Shown here one piece after another: positions 47,899 to 59,176 of a stretch of DNA of 64,000 bases. A model generated the notes under the pieces. That model was not told the DNA's origin. It saw only the letters and a program-made list of their open reading frames with translations, and did not search any database. The DNA is from a virus (lineage: Duplodnaviria > Caudoviricetes). Location of the stretch: the IMG/VR virus record IMGVR_UViG_2940244548_000002, positions 50,946 through 114,945 of that record. One strand, written 5' to 3'. Both the position numbers and the translations under genes were made by a program. The stretch's first letter is position 1; each line of letters begins with the position of its first letter.

Positions 47899-50800
47899 GT
47901 GGAAAATAAAGATGGAGCTCTGGCATTTGATGTCCTCATTAGGGATAACAACCTAGAACAAATGCTATCCAAAGATGAGCAGCGCATAGCGCAATTCACG
48001 CAAAACGTTGAAAGCAACTCCCAGAGTATTGTCGATAGCTTTGGCTCAATAGGCAAGGCTGTAGGAGGTATTGCGGTTGGGGCAATGCTGAAAAGCTGGA
48101 TTACAGATATAGTTAATGTAACAGGAGAGTTTCAACAATTAGAAATAGCATTTACTACCATGTTAGGGAGCGCAGAGAAATCTGCTGCTTTAATGAGACA
48201 GGTAACAGATACAGCTGCTACTACTCCTTTTGATTTGAAAGGTGTAGCAAATGGAGCAAAACAATTACTGGCTTATGGTGAGAGTGCAGAAACGGTAAAT
48301 GGTACTCTGGTAAGGCTAGGTAACATTGCATCTGGATTGAGCTTGCCATTAAATGATTTGGTTTACCTGTATGGTACAACAATGGTACAGGGGCGATTAT
48401 TCACACAGGATGTTAGGCAGTTTATGGGGCGTGGTATCCCACTGGTGCAAGAGCTGTCTAAGATGCTGGGGAAAACAACCGAAGAGATAAACCAAATGGT
48501 AACTGATGGGAAAATTGGTTTTCCAGAGGTGCAAAAGGTTATTGAGAGCCTAACCAATAGCGGTGGTATGTTCTTTAATCTCATGGAGGAACAAAGTAAA
48601 TCACTCACAGGGCAAATAGCCAATCTGGGTGATGCATGGGATTTCATGCTAAACGATATAGGGCAAAGTAATGAGGGTATGCTTAGTTCTGGTATCAGTT
48701 TAGCTACAACGCTGGTAGAAAACTATGGTACTGTATTAAATGTACTGGAGGGAATTATAATTGCCTATGGCACATACAAAGCAGCTGTAATAGCTCTGTC
48801 TGTAGCCCAAAACAAGAGTACAGGCTTTGCCAGCATTGATAACATAGTTGCAAAGGCTCGTATGGGTGTTTATACGAGCTTGACAGCACAGACCAGAAAT
48901 TATACACTGCAAAATGAGCTAATGACAAAGAGCCAGCAGGCATATACTCTGGAGCTGCAAAAGAGCCTTACACTGGAGCAACAGGAAAATGTATTACGTA
49001 ACCTAAAACTAGGAGCAATACAGGCTTTACTTACAGCAGAGCAGCAAGTATATCTAAGTCGGCTTAATCTTAACGTACAGAGCGTTGAGTACATTGCAGC
49101 AGCCGAAAGCATATTAACCATAGACCAACGGCTAAGCCTGCAAAAGCAGGAACTAGGGCGTACAAGTATGGCATACAGTGTTGCTGTAGAAAATGAGGTC
49201 AGAGCTAACCAAGCAGCCAATGCCAGCGAGATAGCCAAGATGCAAACCGAAGCTAGGGCATTAAAACAAAAACAAGCTCTATTATTGGCTGAATATAGGA
49301 CGAGCCTAAACAAGATAGAGCAAACACGCATCCAAATATCATTAGCCAAACTAAATGGGGATGCAATGGCTGTGGAAAATCTAAGGCTACAGCAGCATAA
49401 CCAGCTTAAAGCACATGCAGCCATTGTTACCGACATGAAGAATACAAAGGCTGCACAAGAGGCTATTACAACCAGAATAGCTACAGCTGCAACCCAACAA
49501 GCTACTATAGCAGGTCGAGCCAAAGTAGCAGGAGATGTAATGCAGACTGCCAGCACCTCCATGTTAAGTACTGCTACAACATTCCTTATGGGTAAGTTAA
49601 AAGCTCTCTGGGCAACTTTGATAGCCAATCCTTTTACTGCTATTCTTAGTGTCGTGGGGCTGGCAATTAGTGCATTTATGATGTTCCGAAGCGAGGAAGA
49701 GGAAAGCATAGATGTAGCTAAAGAATTTGAGAGCCAGACCAAAAAGGAGATTGAGAGTATTAATATGCTCAAAGCTGTATTGCAAAATACGACAGAGGGC
49801 ACAGAAACCCACCAAAAAGCTCTTGAAAAATTAAATGGTGTATTAACCAGCTACAACTTGGATGTAATAAAAGAGGGCGACAATATACAGGTTGTTACAG
49901 AGAAATACAATGAGCTAACCAAAGCCATAAACAAAAATACAGCAGAGAGGCTACTTGCTCAAAAAACCGAAAAGGCTTCAATACAGCAAAGTAAAGAGGA
50001 GGAGAAAGCTCTTGAAAAGTTTAAGGATAAAGTTAAGGGCATAAGGAACGTAGAAACCCATTATGGAGGTATAGCAGGCACGTACTCGTCTTATACAATA
50101 CCAGAATGGGTAAGTAACCTTAAAGATGAGTATTTCCAGTACATCTATGACGAGGTTAAGGCAAGAATGGTAGAGCTTGAAAATCTCCCAGTCGGAAGCG
50201 AGGCGTACAACAAAAAACTACAGGAGATACAAAAAGTTGCTCTTAAAATGATGGCTGATGCTACAGGTGAAACCGAAAAGGAAATAAACCGTAGCAGCAA
50301 ATTTGTAGAGAACTTTATAAACTCCATAGCGCAAAGTACGGCAAAAGCCAATAATGATATTGATAAAACCAGAGAGGGCTTAGAGCGCATGGCTGGAGGT
50401 TTGAGCAACAAAACCGAAACCAAAGAGGAAATAGACCTCATGACCTTATCTCTGGAAGCATTGCATAAAAAAGCATCAGAACTGAATGGGCAAAAGGTAA
50501 ATCTGGAGTTTGGCAGTTTTGGGTACATTGAGCTAATGAGGCAGATTGCGGAGGTAAATGGTGCTATAGGTAAAAAACAGGCTGGATTAAATACCGAAAC
50601 TGGCATAAACGATGAGATTAAACGGCTCAAAGGTTTAAGAGAGGGTGCAGCTATAGGTGGTGATGATTGGAAAAACTACGATAGCCAGATAAAAAAACTC
50701 CAAAGTAAACTACCTGATACGACCAGCGGGGCTAATAAAAAAGCTAATGCAGCCAGAGAGGTTGCGCAAAAGGAGATTGATATACAGCTAGAACTGGAAG

Positions 50801-53064
50801 AAAGCAAAATATCAATTATTAAAGATGGCTATACTCGTAAAGTTGCAGAACTGGAGCTACAACACAAAAGAGAGCTTGCACGGATAGACAAAGAAGAGAA
50901 AGAGCTTGCTGCCAAATACAAAGAAGCTGGAAAGAAAATGCCTAAAGAGACAACAGAGGCATTTACCACTATGCGTACCAATGAAAATGCCAATTATGAG
51001 GTATCTAAGGCAGAGTTGCTAGATGTTCAGATTGAGGAGCAAAAAAAGAAATACCAGCTTTATTACAAATGGGTTTCTGCCTATGGTGAAGATGTAGCCA
51101 ATAAGCAGTTTAATGATTTAATAAGCAATGGCAAGACTTATACAGATTGGTTAAAATCTCAAATAGGAGTACTGGAAGCAAAACGCAATGATGGAACAGA
51201 TTTAACCGAAACAGAAAGCAATCAGCTTATTACACTAAAAACTGAATATAAAGAGGTTACAGGTGTAAAAACCGAGATGGATAAGTTTACAGAAAGTATC
51301 TCTAAAGCAAAAGAGCAAAGTAAATCTCTATCTGAATATATGGCTAAGCTGGCAAGTATGAAACAGGATTTGCAGCAAGGTAAAACAGGGCTTATTGGCG
51401 AAGAAAGAGCAACAGCCACTAAGCAGGTTGATGAAGAGATACAGCGCAATAGCGAGGAGTTACAGCGTAAACTACTGGAAACTTACCGTACCAATGCCCA
51501 GCTAAGGCTAGATGCTGAAAAGCAATATGAAGATGAAATATTCTGGCTTAAACAGAATGGGTTTAACAAACAGGCAGAGCTGGCAGAGAAAGCTAAAATA
51601 AAAACTCTGGCTGAAATTGATGCTACACGGATACAAAGTACGGATAGTTGGAAAGGGCTTTTTGAGAACGCTTCATATTTGAGTAGTAGTGCTTTTGATG
51701 ATATAGTAAAAGGGCTAAGAACACAGGTAGAAGCTATTGAGGATGTTGATATTAAAAAGGCTCTTTTGAAACAGCTGGAGGGCTTAGAGGAGCAAACACA
51801 AGCTAGCAAAAATCCTTTTGGGCAACTAGTTAAACATATAAGGGAATATAAAAAGGCTACCGATGATATTTCTAAGCAAAAAAGCCTTATTAAAGTATTT
51901 GGAGATATTGCATCCAGCGTGGATATGGTAAAAGCCTCTTTTGATGCAGTAGTGGATGGGCTAAACCAAATGGGATTGGCTGGCGATGAGAACACGCAAA
52001 GTGTGCTTAATGATATTAGCGGGCTTATGGGTGGCATCGGTGATCTGGCAGCTGGGTATGCAAGCATGAACCCTGCTCAAATGATACAGGGAGCTGTAGG
52101 GATTGTAACAAGTGCTGTTAGCCTTTTTGATAGTACAAGCAGGAGAATTAAAAAGGAGATGAAAGAACATGAGAGGCAGCTAGGACTACTCCAGAGAGCT
52201 TATAGTCAGATACAATTTAATGTAGAGAACGCTGTCGGAGAAAACTACTATAAAGAGCAAGAAAAAGCTATTGAGAACCTTAAAAAGCAGAAAAAGGAAT
52301 ACCAAGAACTAGCCAGATTGGAGCAAAGTAAAAAATCCAAAGATAGGGATGATGGAAAGGTGCAGGAGTATTTAGCCAATGCAGAGCAAGCCCAGAGGGA
52401 TATTGAAACCATTGAGCGGGAAATTACCGAAACACTTGTACAAACCAATTTTAGGGACTTAGCCAATGATTTAGCGCAGGCATGGGCTGATGCTTTTGGT
52501 AATATGGAGGATAGCGCAGAGAGCTTTGATGAGGTTTGGAATCGCACTATAGCAAATGCTGTGAAAAACTCCTTAAAACTGAAAATCATTGAGCCAGTAG
52601 TTAGCCAGTTTACAGAAGCTTTGGCAAACTACATGGGAGCTAATAACAACAGTGTAGTTGGTTTTAATTTCGATTATTGGAAAAGGATGCTCAAAAATGC
52701 TGGTGACTCATTTACAAAAGGGTTAGAGGGCTTTGAAGAGTATTTCCAAGATGTAGCTGATGTTATTGATGATAGTACTCTGGAGGGGCAAGTAAAAAGC
52801 ATTACGGAGGAAACAGGTTCTAAGCTGGCAGGAGAGATTACAGCAATGCGTATTAGGCAAGTTGAGCACCTGCTAATAAGCAAGGATATTAGAGCAACAG
52901 CAATAAGCGTACAAAACACGCTGAAAGATGCCGTAAAGCATCTAAGTGCCATTGCAACCAATACATCATACAACAAAAATCTGGTTGAAATAAAAGAGTT
53001 TTTGAGAGAGATGAGAGATACATTAAACTCTGATAATTTGAGGGCTAAAGGGTATAATATATAA
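47899..53064 (+). CDS. Tape measure protein
   Basis: 1721 aa, helical; AATTPFDL, QFMGRGIP tape-measure N-domain. Confidence 0.92.
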   Translation: MENKDGALAFDVLIRDNNLEQMLSKDEQRIAQFTQNVESNSQSIVDSFGSIGKAVGGIAVGAMLKSWITDIVNVTGEFQQLEIAFTTMLGSAEKSAALMRQVTDTAATTPFDLKGVANGAKQLLAYGESAETVNGTLVRLGNIASGLSLPLNDLVYLYGTTMVQGRLFTQDVRQFMGRGIPLVQELSKMLGKTTEEINQMVTDGKIGFPEVQKVIESLTNSGGMFFNLMEEQSKSLTGQIANLGDAWDFMLNDIGQSNEGMLSSGISLATTLVENYGTVLNVLEGIIIAYGTYKAAVIALSVAQNKSTGFASIDNIVAKARMGVYTSLTAQTRNYTLQNELMTKSQQAYTLELQKSLTLEQQENVLRNLKLGAIQALLTAEQQVYLSRLNLNVQSVEYIAAAESILTIDQRLSLQKQELGRTSMAYSVAVENEVRANQAANASEIAKMQTEARALKQKQALLLAEYRTSLNKIEQTRIQISLAKLNGDAMAVENLRLQQHNQLKAHAAIVTDMKNTKAAQEAITTRIATAATQQATIAGRAKVAGDVMQTASTSMLSTATTFLMGKLKALWATLIANPFTAILSVVGLAISAFMMFRSEEEESIDVAKEFESQTKKEIESINMLKAVLQNTTEGTETHQKALEKLNGVLTSYNLDVIKEGDNIQVVTEKYNELTKAINKNTAERLLAQKTEKASIQQSKEEEKALEKFKDKVKGIRNVETHYGGIAGTYSSYTIPEWVSNLKDEYFQYIYDEVKARMVELENLPVGSEAYNKKLQEIQKVALKMMADATGETEKEINRSSKFVENFINSIAQSTAKANNDIDKTREGLERMAGGLSNKTETKEEIDLMTLSLEALHKKASELNGQKVNLEFGSFGYIELMRQIAEVNGAIGKKQAGLNTETGINDEIKRLKGLREGAAIGGDDWKNYDSQIKKLQSKLPDTTSGANKKANAAREVAQKEIDIQLELEESKISIIKDGYTRKVAELELQHKRELARIDKEEKELAAKYKEAGKKMPKETTEAFTTMRTNENANYEVSKAELLDVQIEEQKKKYQLYYKWVSAYGEDVANKQFNDLISNGKTYTDWLKSQIGVLEAKRNDGTDLTETESNQLITLKTEYKEVTGVKTEMDKFTESISKAKEQSKSLSEYMAKLASMKQDLQQGKTGLIGEERATATKQVDEEIQRNSEELQRKLLETYRTNAQLRLDAEKQYEDEIFWLKQNGFNKQAELAEKAKIKTLAEIDATRIQSTDSWKGLFENASYLSSSAFDDIVKGLRTQVEAIEDVDIKKALLKQLEGLEEQTQASKNPFGQLVKHIREYKKATDDISKQKSLIKVFGDIASSVDMVKASFDAVVDGLNQMGLAGDENTQSVLNDISGLMGGIGDLAAGYASMNPAQMIQGAVGIVTSAVSLFDSTSRRIKKEMKEHERQLGLLQRAYSQIQFNVENAVGENYYKEQEKAIENLKKQKKEYQELARLEQSKKSKDRDDGKVQEYLANAEQAQRDIETIEREITETLVQTNFRDLANDLAQAWADAFGNMEDSAESFDEVWNRTIANAVKNSLKLKIIEPVVSQFTEALANYMGANNNSVVGFNFDYWKRMLKNAGDSFTKGLEGFEEYFQDVADVIDDSTLEGQVKSITEETGSKLAGEITAMRIRQVEHLLISKDIRATAISVQNTLKDAVKHLSAIATNTSYNKNLVEIKEFLREMRDTLNSDNLRAKGYNI

Positions 53065-53068
53065 AATT

Positions 53069-53581
53069 ATGGATAGAATTAACGAGCTAAAGAACCTGAT
53101 GCAAACAGGGCATTGTGCGGAAAGCATTTCTATGCTGCACAATACAAATGATAATGCAAAAAAGTTGATGGAAACCTATTTCTATTACATCAAAGCATGT
53201 ACTCAAAAGGATTTTCCGAAACTGGAGTTTCTACGTACTCATTTTGGCAAGCAGGTAGCACCATTTGGCGGTTATGTCGATGCTACAGGTGAACAAAAAG
53301 CACACAGAAATAATGCACTGGTAGGTGATAGCAATGTAACAATGCGTACAGAGGGCTATAACATTGTAAAATGCTGGGTAAGGCATAATTCTAAATTGGA
53401 AGTAACAGCTACAGAAAACAGCCATTTACATATTGATTGCTTTGAAAATACAGAGGTTAAGATTTGCATAGAGGGCAATGCAAAGGTTTTTGTAAACCAA
53501 TATGGGCAAAGCAAAGTAGAAATTAGTGGTAATACGGCTAATGCTTCGGTGAAACTATTTGATTGTGAAACATATAAATAA
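53069..53581 (+). CDS. Hypothetical tail-region protein
   Basis: ORF in tail operon with short beta repeats. Confidence 0.55.
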   Translation: MDRINELKNLMQTGHCAESISMLHNTNDNAKKLMETYFYYIKACTQKDFPKLEFLRTHFGKQVAPFGGYVDATGEQKAHRNNALVGDSNVTMRTEGYNIVKCWVRHNSKLEVTATENSHLHIDCFENTEVKICIEGNAKVFVNQYGQSKVEISGNTANASVKLFDCETYK

Positions 53582-53589
53582 TAAAACTC

Positions 53590-54834
53590 ATGGCTTTAGA
53601 TGAATATTTAGTATTGAATATGCCATTTGATGAAACAGATGGCTCTAAAATAGCGTATGATTACAGCCCTAACCGAGCAGATGGAGTGGTAACTAATGCA
53701 CACTATGAGGCGGGTAAAAGTAGTAATTGTATTAGGTTTGATGGAGATGGCAAATGTGAGGTTAATAAATCCGTGCTTGCTTTTAATGGGAGCTTTACAC
53801 TATGCACATTTGTAAAATCGCATAGCATAGCATCCAAAATCATTGTATTGATTAACTATAATGGAGTCAATAAGTTTTTCCAATCGTTTATTGATGTGAG
53901 TCCAGACCAATGGTATTACCTTGCTGTAGTACGTGAAAGCAACTACATTACAATCTATCTGAATGGTACGCAGATTGGTAGAACTACATTACCTACTGAT
54001 TACGGCAACCCAATAGGTTTTAGCATTGCACAGGATTGCTATTTAACCCAGTTGGGGCATGGTTGCTTGGATGAAACAAAATTGTATTCAAAAGCTCTCT
54101 CACAAGAGGAGATTTTAGGGTTATTGGATAATACAAAACAGCTGGCTTATCTACTAGATGGCATCAATTTCAAAGATTATGGTGTTTCTGTAAGCAAAAG
54201 CATGGGTCTTCTGGATGCTCTAAAGATGAAAGAACCTCTTAAATTGGATTGGGATGGCTATCATGGTGAAGCTATAGACTTAACCAGACCGAGGATGCAA
54301 GCTAGGGATATTACATTGCAATGCTTTATCACTACAGATGGTGGGAAAATTGCTTTTGTTAAAGCGGTTAAGGATTTTCTGGAGCTATTTTATACTCCTC
54401 ATGTAAAACCAGCTGGAGCAAAAGCCGAAATAGTTGGAGCTGGCTTGCATCGTTTAACTATTGATATTCACCCTACAAAGGCTTTGGTGTATGAGGTGTA
54501 TATGCCAGATGGTACAGATTTGGATAAGGAGTGGAACGATGATAAAATGACTGGTACATTTTCCTTAAAGCTCCGAGAACCAGAGCCAGTAAAGCGAGTA
54601 TTGAAACATCTTAGGGTAAATGAGAGTAGTAAACGTATAACAATTACACTTACTACAGAAAAACTGGTAAATATCTACTGGGGTGATGGTACTACAAGCC
54701 AAGATGTATATGGTACTACAACCATTACGCATGATTATGATGAGAATGGAGAGTATTACGTAATTCTTACTGGTGTTATTGAGGATATTAAAGACTTTTC
54801 CACTAATGCTATTATTGTATGGAACAAATTATAG
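53590..54834 (+). CDS. LamG-like domain plus distal-tail-like protein
   Basis: WYYLAVV..IYLNG..LDETKLYSKALSQEEI (LamG); DGINFKDYG...REPEP distal part. Confidence 0.7.
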   Translation: MALDEYLVLNMPFDETDGSKIAYDYSPNRADGVVTNAHYEAGKSSNCIRFDGDGKCEVNKSVLAFNGSFTLCTFVKSHSIASKIIVLINYNGVNKFFQSFIDVSPDQWYYLAVVRESNYITIYLNGTQIGRTTLPTDYGNPIGFSIAQDCYLTQLGHGCLDETKLYSKALSQEEILGLLDNTKQLAYLLDGINFKDYGVSVSKSMGLLDALKMKEPLKLDWDGYHGEAIDLTRPRMQARDITLQCFITTDGGKIAFVKAVKDFLELFYTPHVKPAGAKAEIVGAGLHRLTIDIHPTKALVYEVYMPDGTDLDKEWNDDKMTGTFSLKLREPEPVKRVLKHLRVNESSKRITITLTTEKLVNIYWGDGTTSQDVYGTTTITHDYDENGEYYVILTGVIEDIKDFSTNAIIVWNKL

Positions 54835-57800
54835 TATATAAGCGCAATGGTGCGGAAAGATACAAGTTAAATAACTATGCTAAGCTCTGTACTGTAAAAA
54901 GTGCAGAGCAAAAGCGTGAACTACTTGGAGAGGATACCGTAACCATTAAAACAGAAAGTGCAGAGCCTCTGGATTTTGCTATTGGTGATTATGTTATTGT
55001 TTATGGAGATATTTACACGCTGAACAAATTGCCAGAGCCTAAAAAAACAGGTGAAAGGTTATTTGAAACGAGCTTTATATTTGAGGGATTGCAATACAAA
55101 TTACTGGATGCCCAGTATAGGAGTGCTGATGCTTTAGGCAAAAATCCTACTGCAAATTTTCCTCTGGTTGCAAATATGGAGCTGGCAATGCAAGTTCTTA
55201 TTAATAACATTAATAGAGTTGGTAAAGATTTAGGTGATACATGGGTGTTAGGTGATTGTATAGAAACTGAGCATAAGGAGCTTACATTTAATAATGAGAA
55301 TTGTTTAGCTGTACTCCAGAGGCTTTGCGGAGAATTTGAAACAGAGTTTGAGATAGAGGCTCTGGGCAATAAAAAATACAGGCTGCATATACGAAAAGCA
55401 GGCTCTCTGTTTGGAGCAACGTTTACTTTTGGCAAAGGTGGTGGTATATACACTCTAAAGCGGAAAAATGTAAATAGTAGCAATGTAGTTACTAAGTTAT
55501 ATGTAGAGGGTGGTACAAAAAACATAAAGGTTGGCTACAGGGATAATGCTACACGGTTAAGGCTGGCTATAAACGAAGAAAGCTATATACAACAAAGTAC
55601 AGCTGTAGCAGCTATGGGTATTAAGGAGGGTGGTAAAATCTTTGAGGATATTTACCCACACCGTACAGGAGTTATTACTAGTCTCGGTGCAGATAGGTTT
55701 ACGTTTGTTGATAAAGATATGTTCGACCTTAACGAAAAAGAAAGTGATGGTAAAACTACAAAATGGCTTATTGATGGCACATCTGCTAAAATAAAATTCA
55801 CTAAGGGCAACATTGCTGGCTATGAGTTTGAGGTAAAATCTTATGATACAAAAACACATACTTTTGTGATTAAAGAGTATGAAGATTCCAGAGGCTTTAA
55901 GATACCCAGCACGGATGCTGCCTACCAAATAGAGGTTGATGATGAGTATGTTTTGATTGATATTATAATGCCTAACAATCCCTATGTAGTAGATGCCGAA
56001 GCTGCATTGTTGGATGCAGGAACAAAATATTATGAGCAAAACAGCCAGCCTAAAGTTGAGTATGAGCTGGAAATATCCTCTATGTTTTTAAACCGTAAAT
56101 ACAATAATAATGGTGCAGTTATAAATGTATTTAAGCTCGGAGATTATATTCCAGTAAAAGATGCAGATATTAACGTGGATAAAGCTATAAGGGTAAAAGG
56201 TTTTACACGAGATGTGGCAACAGACCCTTACAAATACAAGTTGACTATTAGTGATACGGTTGATATTAGTATTATTGAGAAACTTATAGCGGATAACATT
56301 GAGCAAGAGAAGATAATAAACATTAATAACCTCACAGATGTAGCCAAAGCCCGAAGCAACTGGAGAACAACGCAGGAATTGTTAAATATGGTGTTTGATG
56401 GTGATGGCTATTTTGATGCAGAAAATATACGCCCAAACAGTATAGAAACATTAATGTTAAGTGTCGGCAACAGAGCTGGGCAATTTATTTTGCGCAATAT
56501 TACTTTTGTTGCCAATGCAGTTGTAGGAAGTACGCCGAACCCTAATGTATTCCAAACTATAAGTAATAGCGGTGTGCTTATCCATTATGCTATTGAGGAA
56601 AAAGATAGGACTTGGAATATTGCATCTGCTACACATACATTGTCAAGTAGTAGCTCTGCTTATTACATTTATGCAAAATGCAGTAAAACTGGCAATGCTT
56701 GTACAATAATAAGTAGTACAAATAAGCTATCGGTAGAGCAAGATGCAGGCTATTATTATTTTCTTATAGGTGTTCTATCTTCATCCTATAATGGCTACAG
56801 AGATTTTGTTACTACCTATGGAGCAACCAGAATAACAGGGCGTACCATTAATTGTGGAAGAATTGAGAGTATTGATAAACAAACGTATTTTGACCTTGAT
56901 AACTCGGAAATTGGTGGGCGTATTGTTTTTAAATCAAATGGAGAAACAAAAACTCTGGATGAGCTGGGGGCTGAATCCTTAGAAACTAAAGATTTTATTA
57001 ATAACACATTGCCTAGCATTTTGGATGAGATACAGGCACAATTAGATGGGCAAATTGAGCAATTTTTTGAAACTTACAACCCCACCACTTCAAATGCTCC
57101 AGCTAACACTTGGACTACAGCAGCATTAAAAGAGAACCATTTAGGAGACCTTTTTTATAATACAAGTACTGGAAAGGTTTGGCGTTGGGTTAAAGAGGGC
57201 AATGTTTATAAATGGCAAGAGCTGCAAGATACCGAGCTGGCACAGGCTTTGGCTTTAGCAAATGAGGCTCTGGCACTAGCAAAAGATAAAAATAGGATTT
57301 TTACAACTACACCTTTTACACCGTATGAGAAAGGTGATTTATGGGTGCAAGGTGCAAGTGGTGGCATAATGAGGTGTAAAACTACACGCCTATCAGGTGC
57401 ATACTCCTCTAGTGATTGGGAGAGAGCGTCCAACTACACGGATGATAGTGGGCTTAATAATTTTATAAATGGAGCTTACAACAGCCAAATAAATGATTTA
57501 GTAAACCAGATTGATGGGAAAATAGAAACATGGTTTCAAACAGCCGACCCATCAACAGCTTGGACTACAGCAGCGGTAAGAGCAAAGCATGTCGGTGATA
57601 TGTGGTATAGTTCTACTACCAAACAGTTAAAACGCTACAGCTCCTCATATACTTGGACTACCATAGAAGATGCAAAAGCTATTGCAGCTTATGAGGCTGC
57701 CAGCAAAGCACAGGATACAGCAGATGGCAAAAGGCGTGTATTTGTAGCTACTCCTTACCCTCCTTATGATGTAGGAGATTTATGGGTTAATGGTGTTGAT

Positions 57801-58745
57801 TTAAGGAGATGTGCAACAAAGCGGGCTTCTGGTAGCTATGTTGCAAATGATTGGGTAATTGCAGTACATTACGACAATACAAAAACTACCATTGATGGTG
57901 GTATTGTTACATCTGGTACGGTACAGCTGGCTGGCTCTGGAGGTTCTATATTGGCTGGTATTACAGGAGATGGTACAGCTGCTACTTCAATAAGGATTTG
58001 GGCTGGAGCATCCTTTGAGAATAGAGCTACTGCACCTTTCAGAGTAAGACAAAACGGCTCTGTAGTTATGACTGATGCAGATATTACAGGTGTGATAAAT
58101 GCAACCTCTGGCACATTCTCTGGCACACTCAAAGGCGTTACTGGTTCTTTTCGCTCACTCAATTGTGTAGATTCAAATGGTAAAGTAGTTGGTAGTATTA
58201 CCTTTGGTAGTGATGGTAATATTTGGTTTCAAGGTGGTTTATACCACCAAGCAAGTTCAACACCATTTTACATGAGTAACGTGTTTGTACGTGGAACTTT
58301 TGGAGCATACACACGCAATGCACTGGTTATTTATGGCAATTATGGTTATTATTATCCTCGTGGGCTTTATGATTCATCTAACCGTGTGTATGTTTCTCTT
58401 TCTCAACAGCAAACCTCTAATAATAAAACCTACTATATTATACCGTTATATGGGCAATCTGGAAATGCAGCAGGCATGCCAGTGGATTTGGTAATTATAA
58501 ATGTTTCATCTGGTACGTACAGGTATGCAATGAGTAGAACAGCTGGTAAAAAGGTAACTGTAGTTAATGCAAATGATAAGAACAGCGACATTTACATTTA
58601 TAGTTGTGGAAAGGAGATACGGCACGTAGGAGGAGAAATAGCAGATTGGGTATGTTTAGATGGCTTCCTTTCTCCAGCACCCGCTAGTAATGTAGTAGGT
58701 AATGGATGGCTTGTGTGCGCTTCTAGGGATAACACTTGGTCGTAA
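54819..58745 (+). CDS. Tail tip / hub protein with two internal repeats
   Basis: 1308 aa; Q.DG.IE..F...W...GD..Y...PY..GDLWV unit occurs twice. Confidence 0.75.
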   Translation: MEQIIVYKRNGAERYKLNNYAKLCTVKSAEQKRELLGEDTVTIKTESAEPLDFAIGDYVIVYGDIYTLNKLPEPKKTGERLFETSFIFEGLQYKLLDAQYRSADALGKNPTANFPLVANMELAMQVLINNINRVGKDLGDTWVLGDCIETEHKELTFNNENCLAVLQRLCGEFETEFEIEALGNKKYRLHIRKAGSLFGATFTFGKGGGIYTLKRKNVNSSNVVTKLYVEGGTKNIKVGYRDNATRLRLAINEESYIQQSTAVAAMGIKEGGKIFEDIYPHRTGVITSLGADRFTFVDKDMFDLNEKESDGKTTKWLIDGTSAKIKFTKGNIAGYEFEVKSYDTKTHTFVIKEYEDSRGFKIPSTDAAYQIEVDDEYVLIDIIMPNNPYVVDAEAALLDAGTKYYEQNSQPKVEYELEISSMFLNRKYNNNGAVINVFKLGDYIPVKDADINVDKAIRVKGFTRDVATDPYKYKLTISDTVDISIIEKLIADNIEQEKIININNLTDVAKARSNWRTTQELLNMVFDGDGYFDAENIRPNSIETLMLSVGNRAGQFILRNITFVANAVVGSTPNPNVFQTISNSGVLIHYAIEEKDRTWNIASATHTLSSSSSAYYIYAKCSKTGNACTIISSTNKLSVEQDAGYYYFLIGVLSSSYNGYRDFVTTYGATRITGRTINCGRIESIDKQTYFDLDNSEIGGRIVFKSNGETKTLDELGAESLETKDFINNTLPSILDEIQAQLDGQIEQFFETYNPTTSNAPANTWTTAALKENHLGDLFYNTSTGKVWRWVKEGNVYKWQELQDTELAQALALANEALALAKDKNRIFTTTPFTPYEKGDLWVQGASGGIMRCKTTRLSGAYSSSDWERASNYTDDSGLNNFINGAYNSQINDLVNQIDGKIETWFQTADPSTAWTTAAVRAKHVGDMWYSSTTKQLKRYSSSYTWTTIEDAKAIAAYEAASKAQDTADGKRRVFVATPYPPYDVGDLWVNGVDLRRCATKRASGSYVANDWVIAVHYDNTKTTIDGGIVTSGTVQLAGSGGSILAGITGDGTAATSIRIWAGASFENRATAPFRVRQNGSVVMTDADITGVINATSGTFSGTLKGVTGSFRSLNCVDSNGKVVGSITFGSDGNIWFQGGLYHQASSTPFYMSNVFVRGTFGAYTRNALVIYGNYGYYYPRGLYDSSNRVYVSLSQQQTSNNKTYYIIPLYGQSGNAAGMPVDLVIINVSSGTYRYAMSRTAGKKVTVVNANDKNSDIYIYSCGKEIRHVGGEIADWVCLDGFLSPAPASNVVGNGWLVCASRDNTWS

Positions 58746-58836
58746 AAACGGCTACTTTCATCTTTTGTCGCTCTGGTAGCGTGTATATGTTTCACACTTT
58801 GACTAATTTTCGGACAATTTTAACAATTACAAAAAC

Positions 58837-59166
58837 ATGAGTAAAAACAAGAATTATGTAAGTGAAACAATGTTTGTTTCTCGCATAGTAGCCAAAGGTA
58901 AGGTTACAGACCTTACAAATGGTTTTAAGCTCAAAGATGGTGCTCCCTTTTCTATTTATGTGAGACCTAAAACCCTCACAACATTAGATCGGGATGCAAT
59001 CATTAACTGTAAACTCTACAAAGAGGATGATTTTAGCGAGTGCCCAGTATCATTGTTTACATGGGTTGAGCTGGTACTTATTGAGATAGCACCTAGTGAG
59101 GATTTACTTGGTAAATATGAAATCTACTGGGGTAGTGGTGATGGTGCAGAGTTAATAACAACTTAA
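58837..59166 (+). CDS. Hypothetical protein preceding the adhesin
   Basis: ORF with own upstream operator; IYWGSG C-terminus. Confidence 0.6.
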   Translation: MSKNKNYVSETMFVSRIVAKGKVTDLTNGFKLKDGAPFSIYVRPKTLTTLDRDAIINCKLYKEDDFSECPVSLFTWVELVLIEIAPSEDLLGKYEIYWGSGDGAELITT

Positions 59167-59176
59167 TTTTTTAGAT

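Noticed and set aside
57030-57880. Internal repeat in the tail tip protein as a DGR or invertible element
   Set aside because: Divergent protein-level domain duplication without A-specific pattern, inverted repeats or invertase
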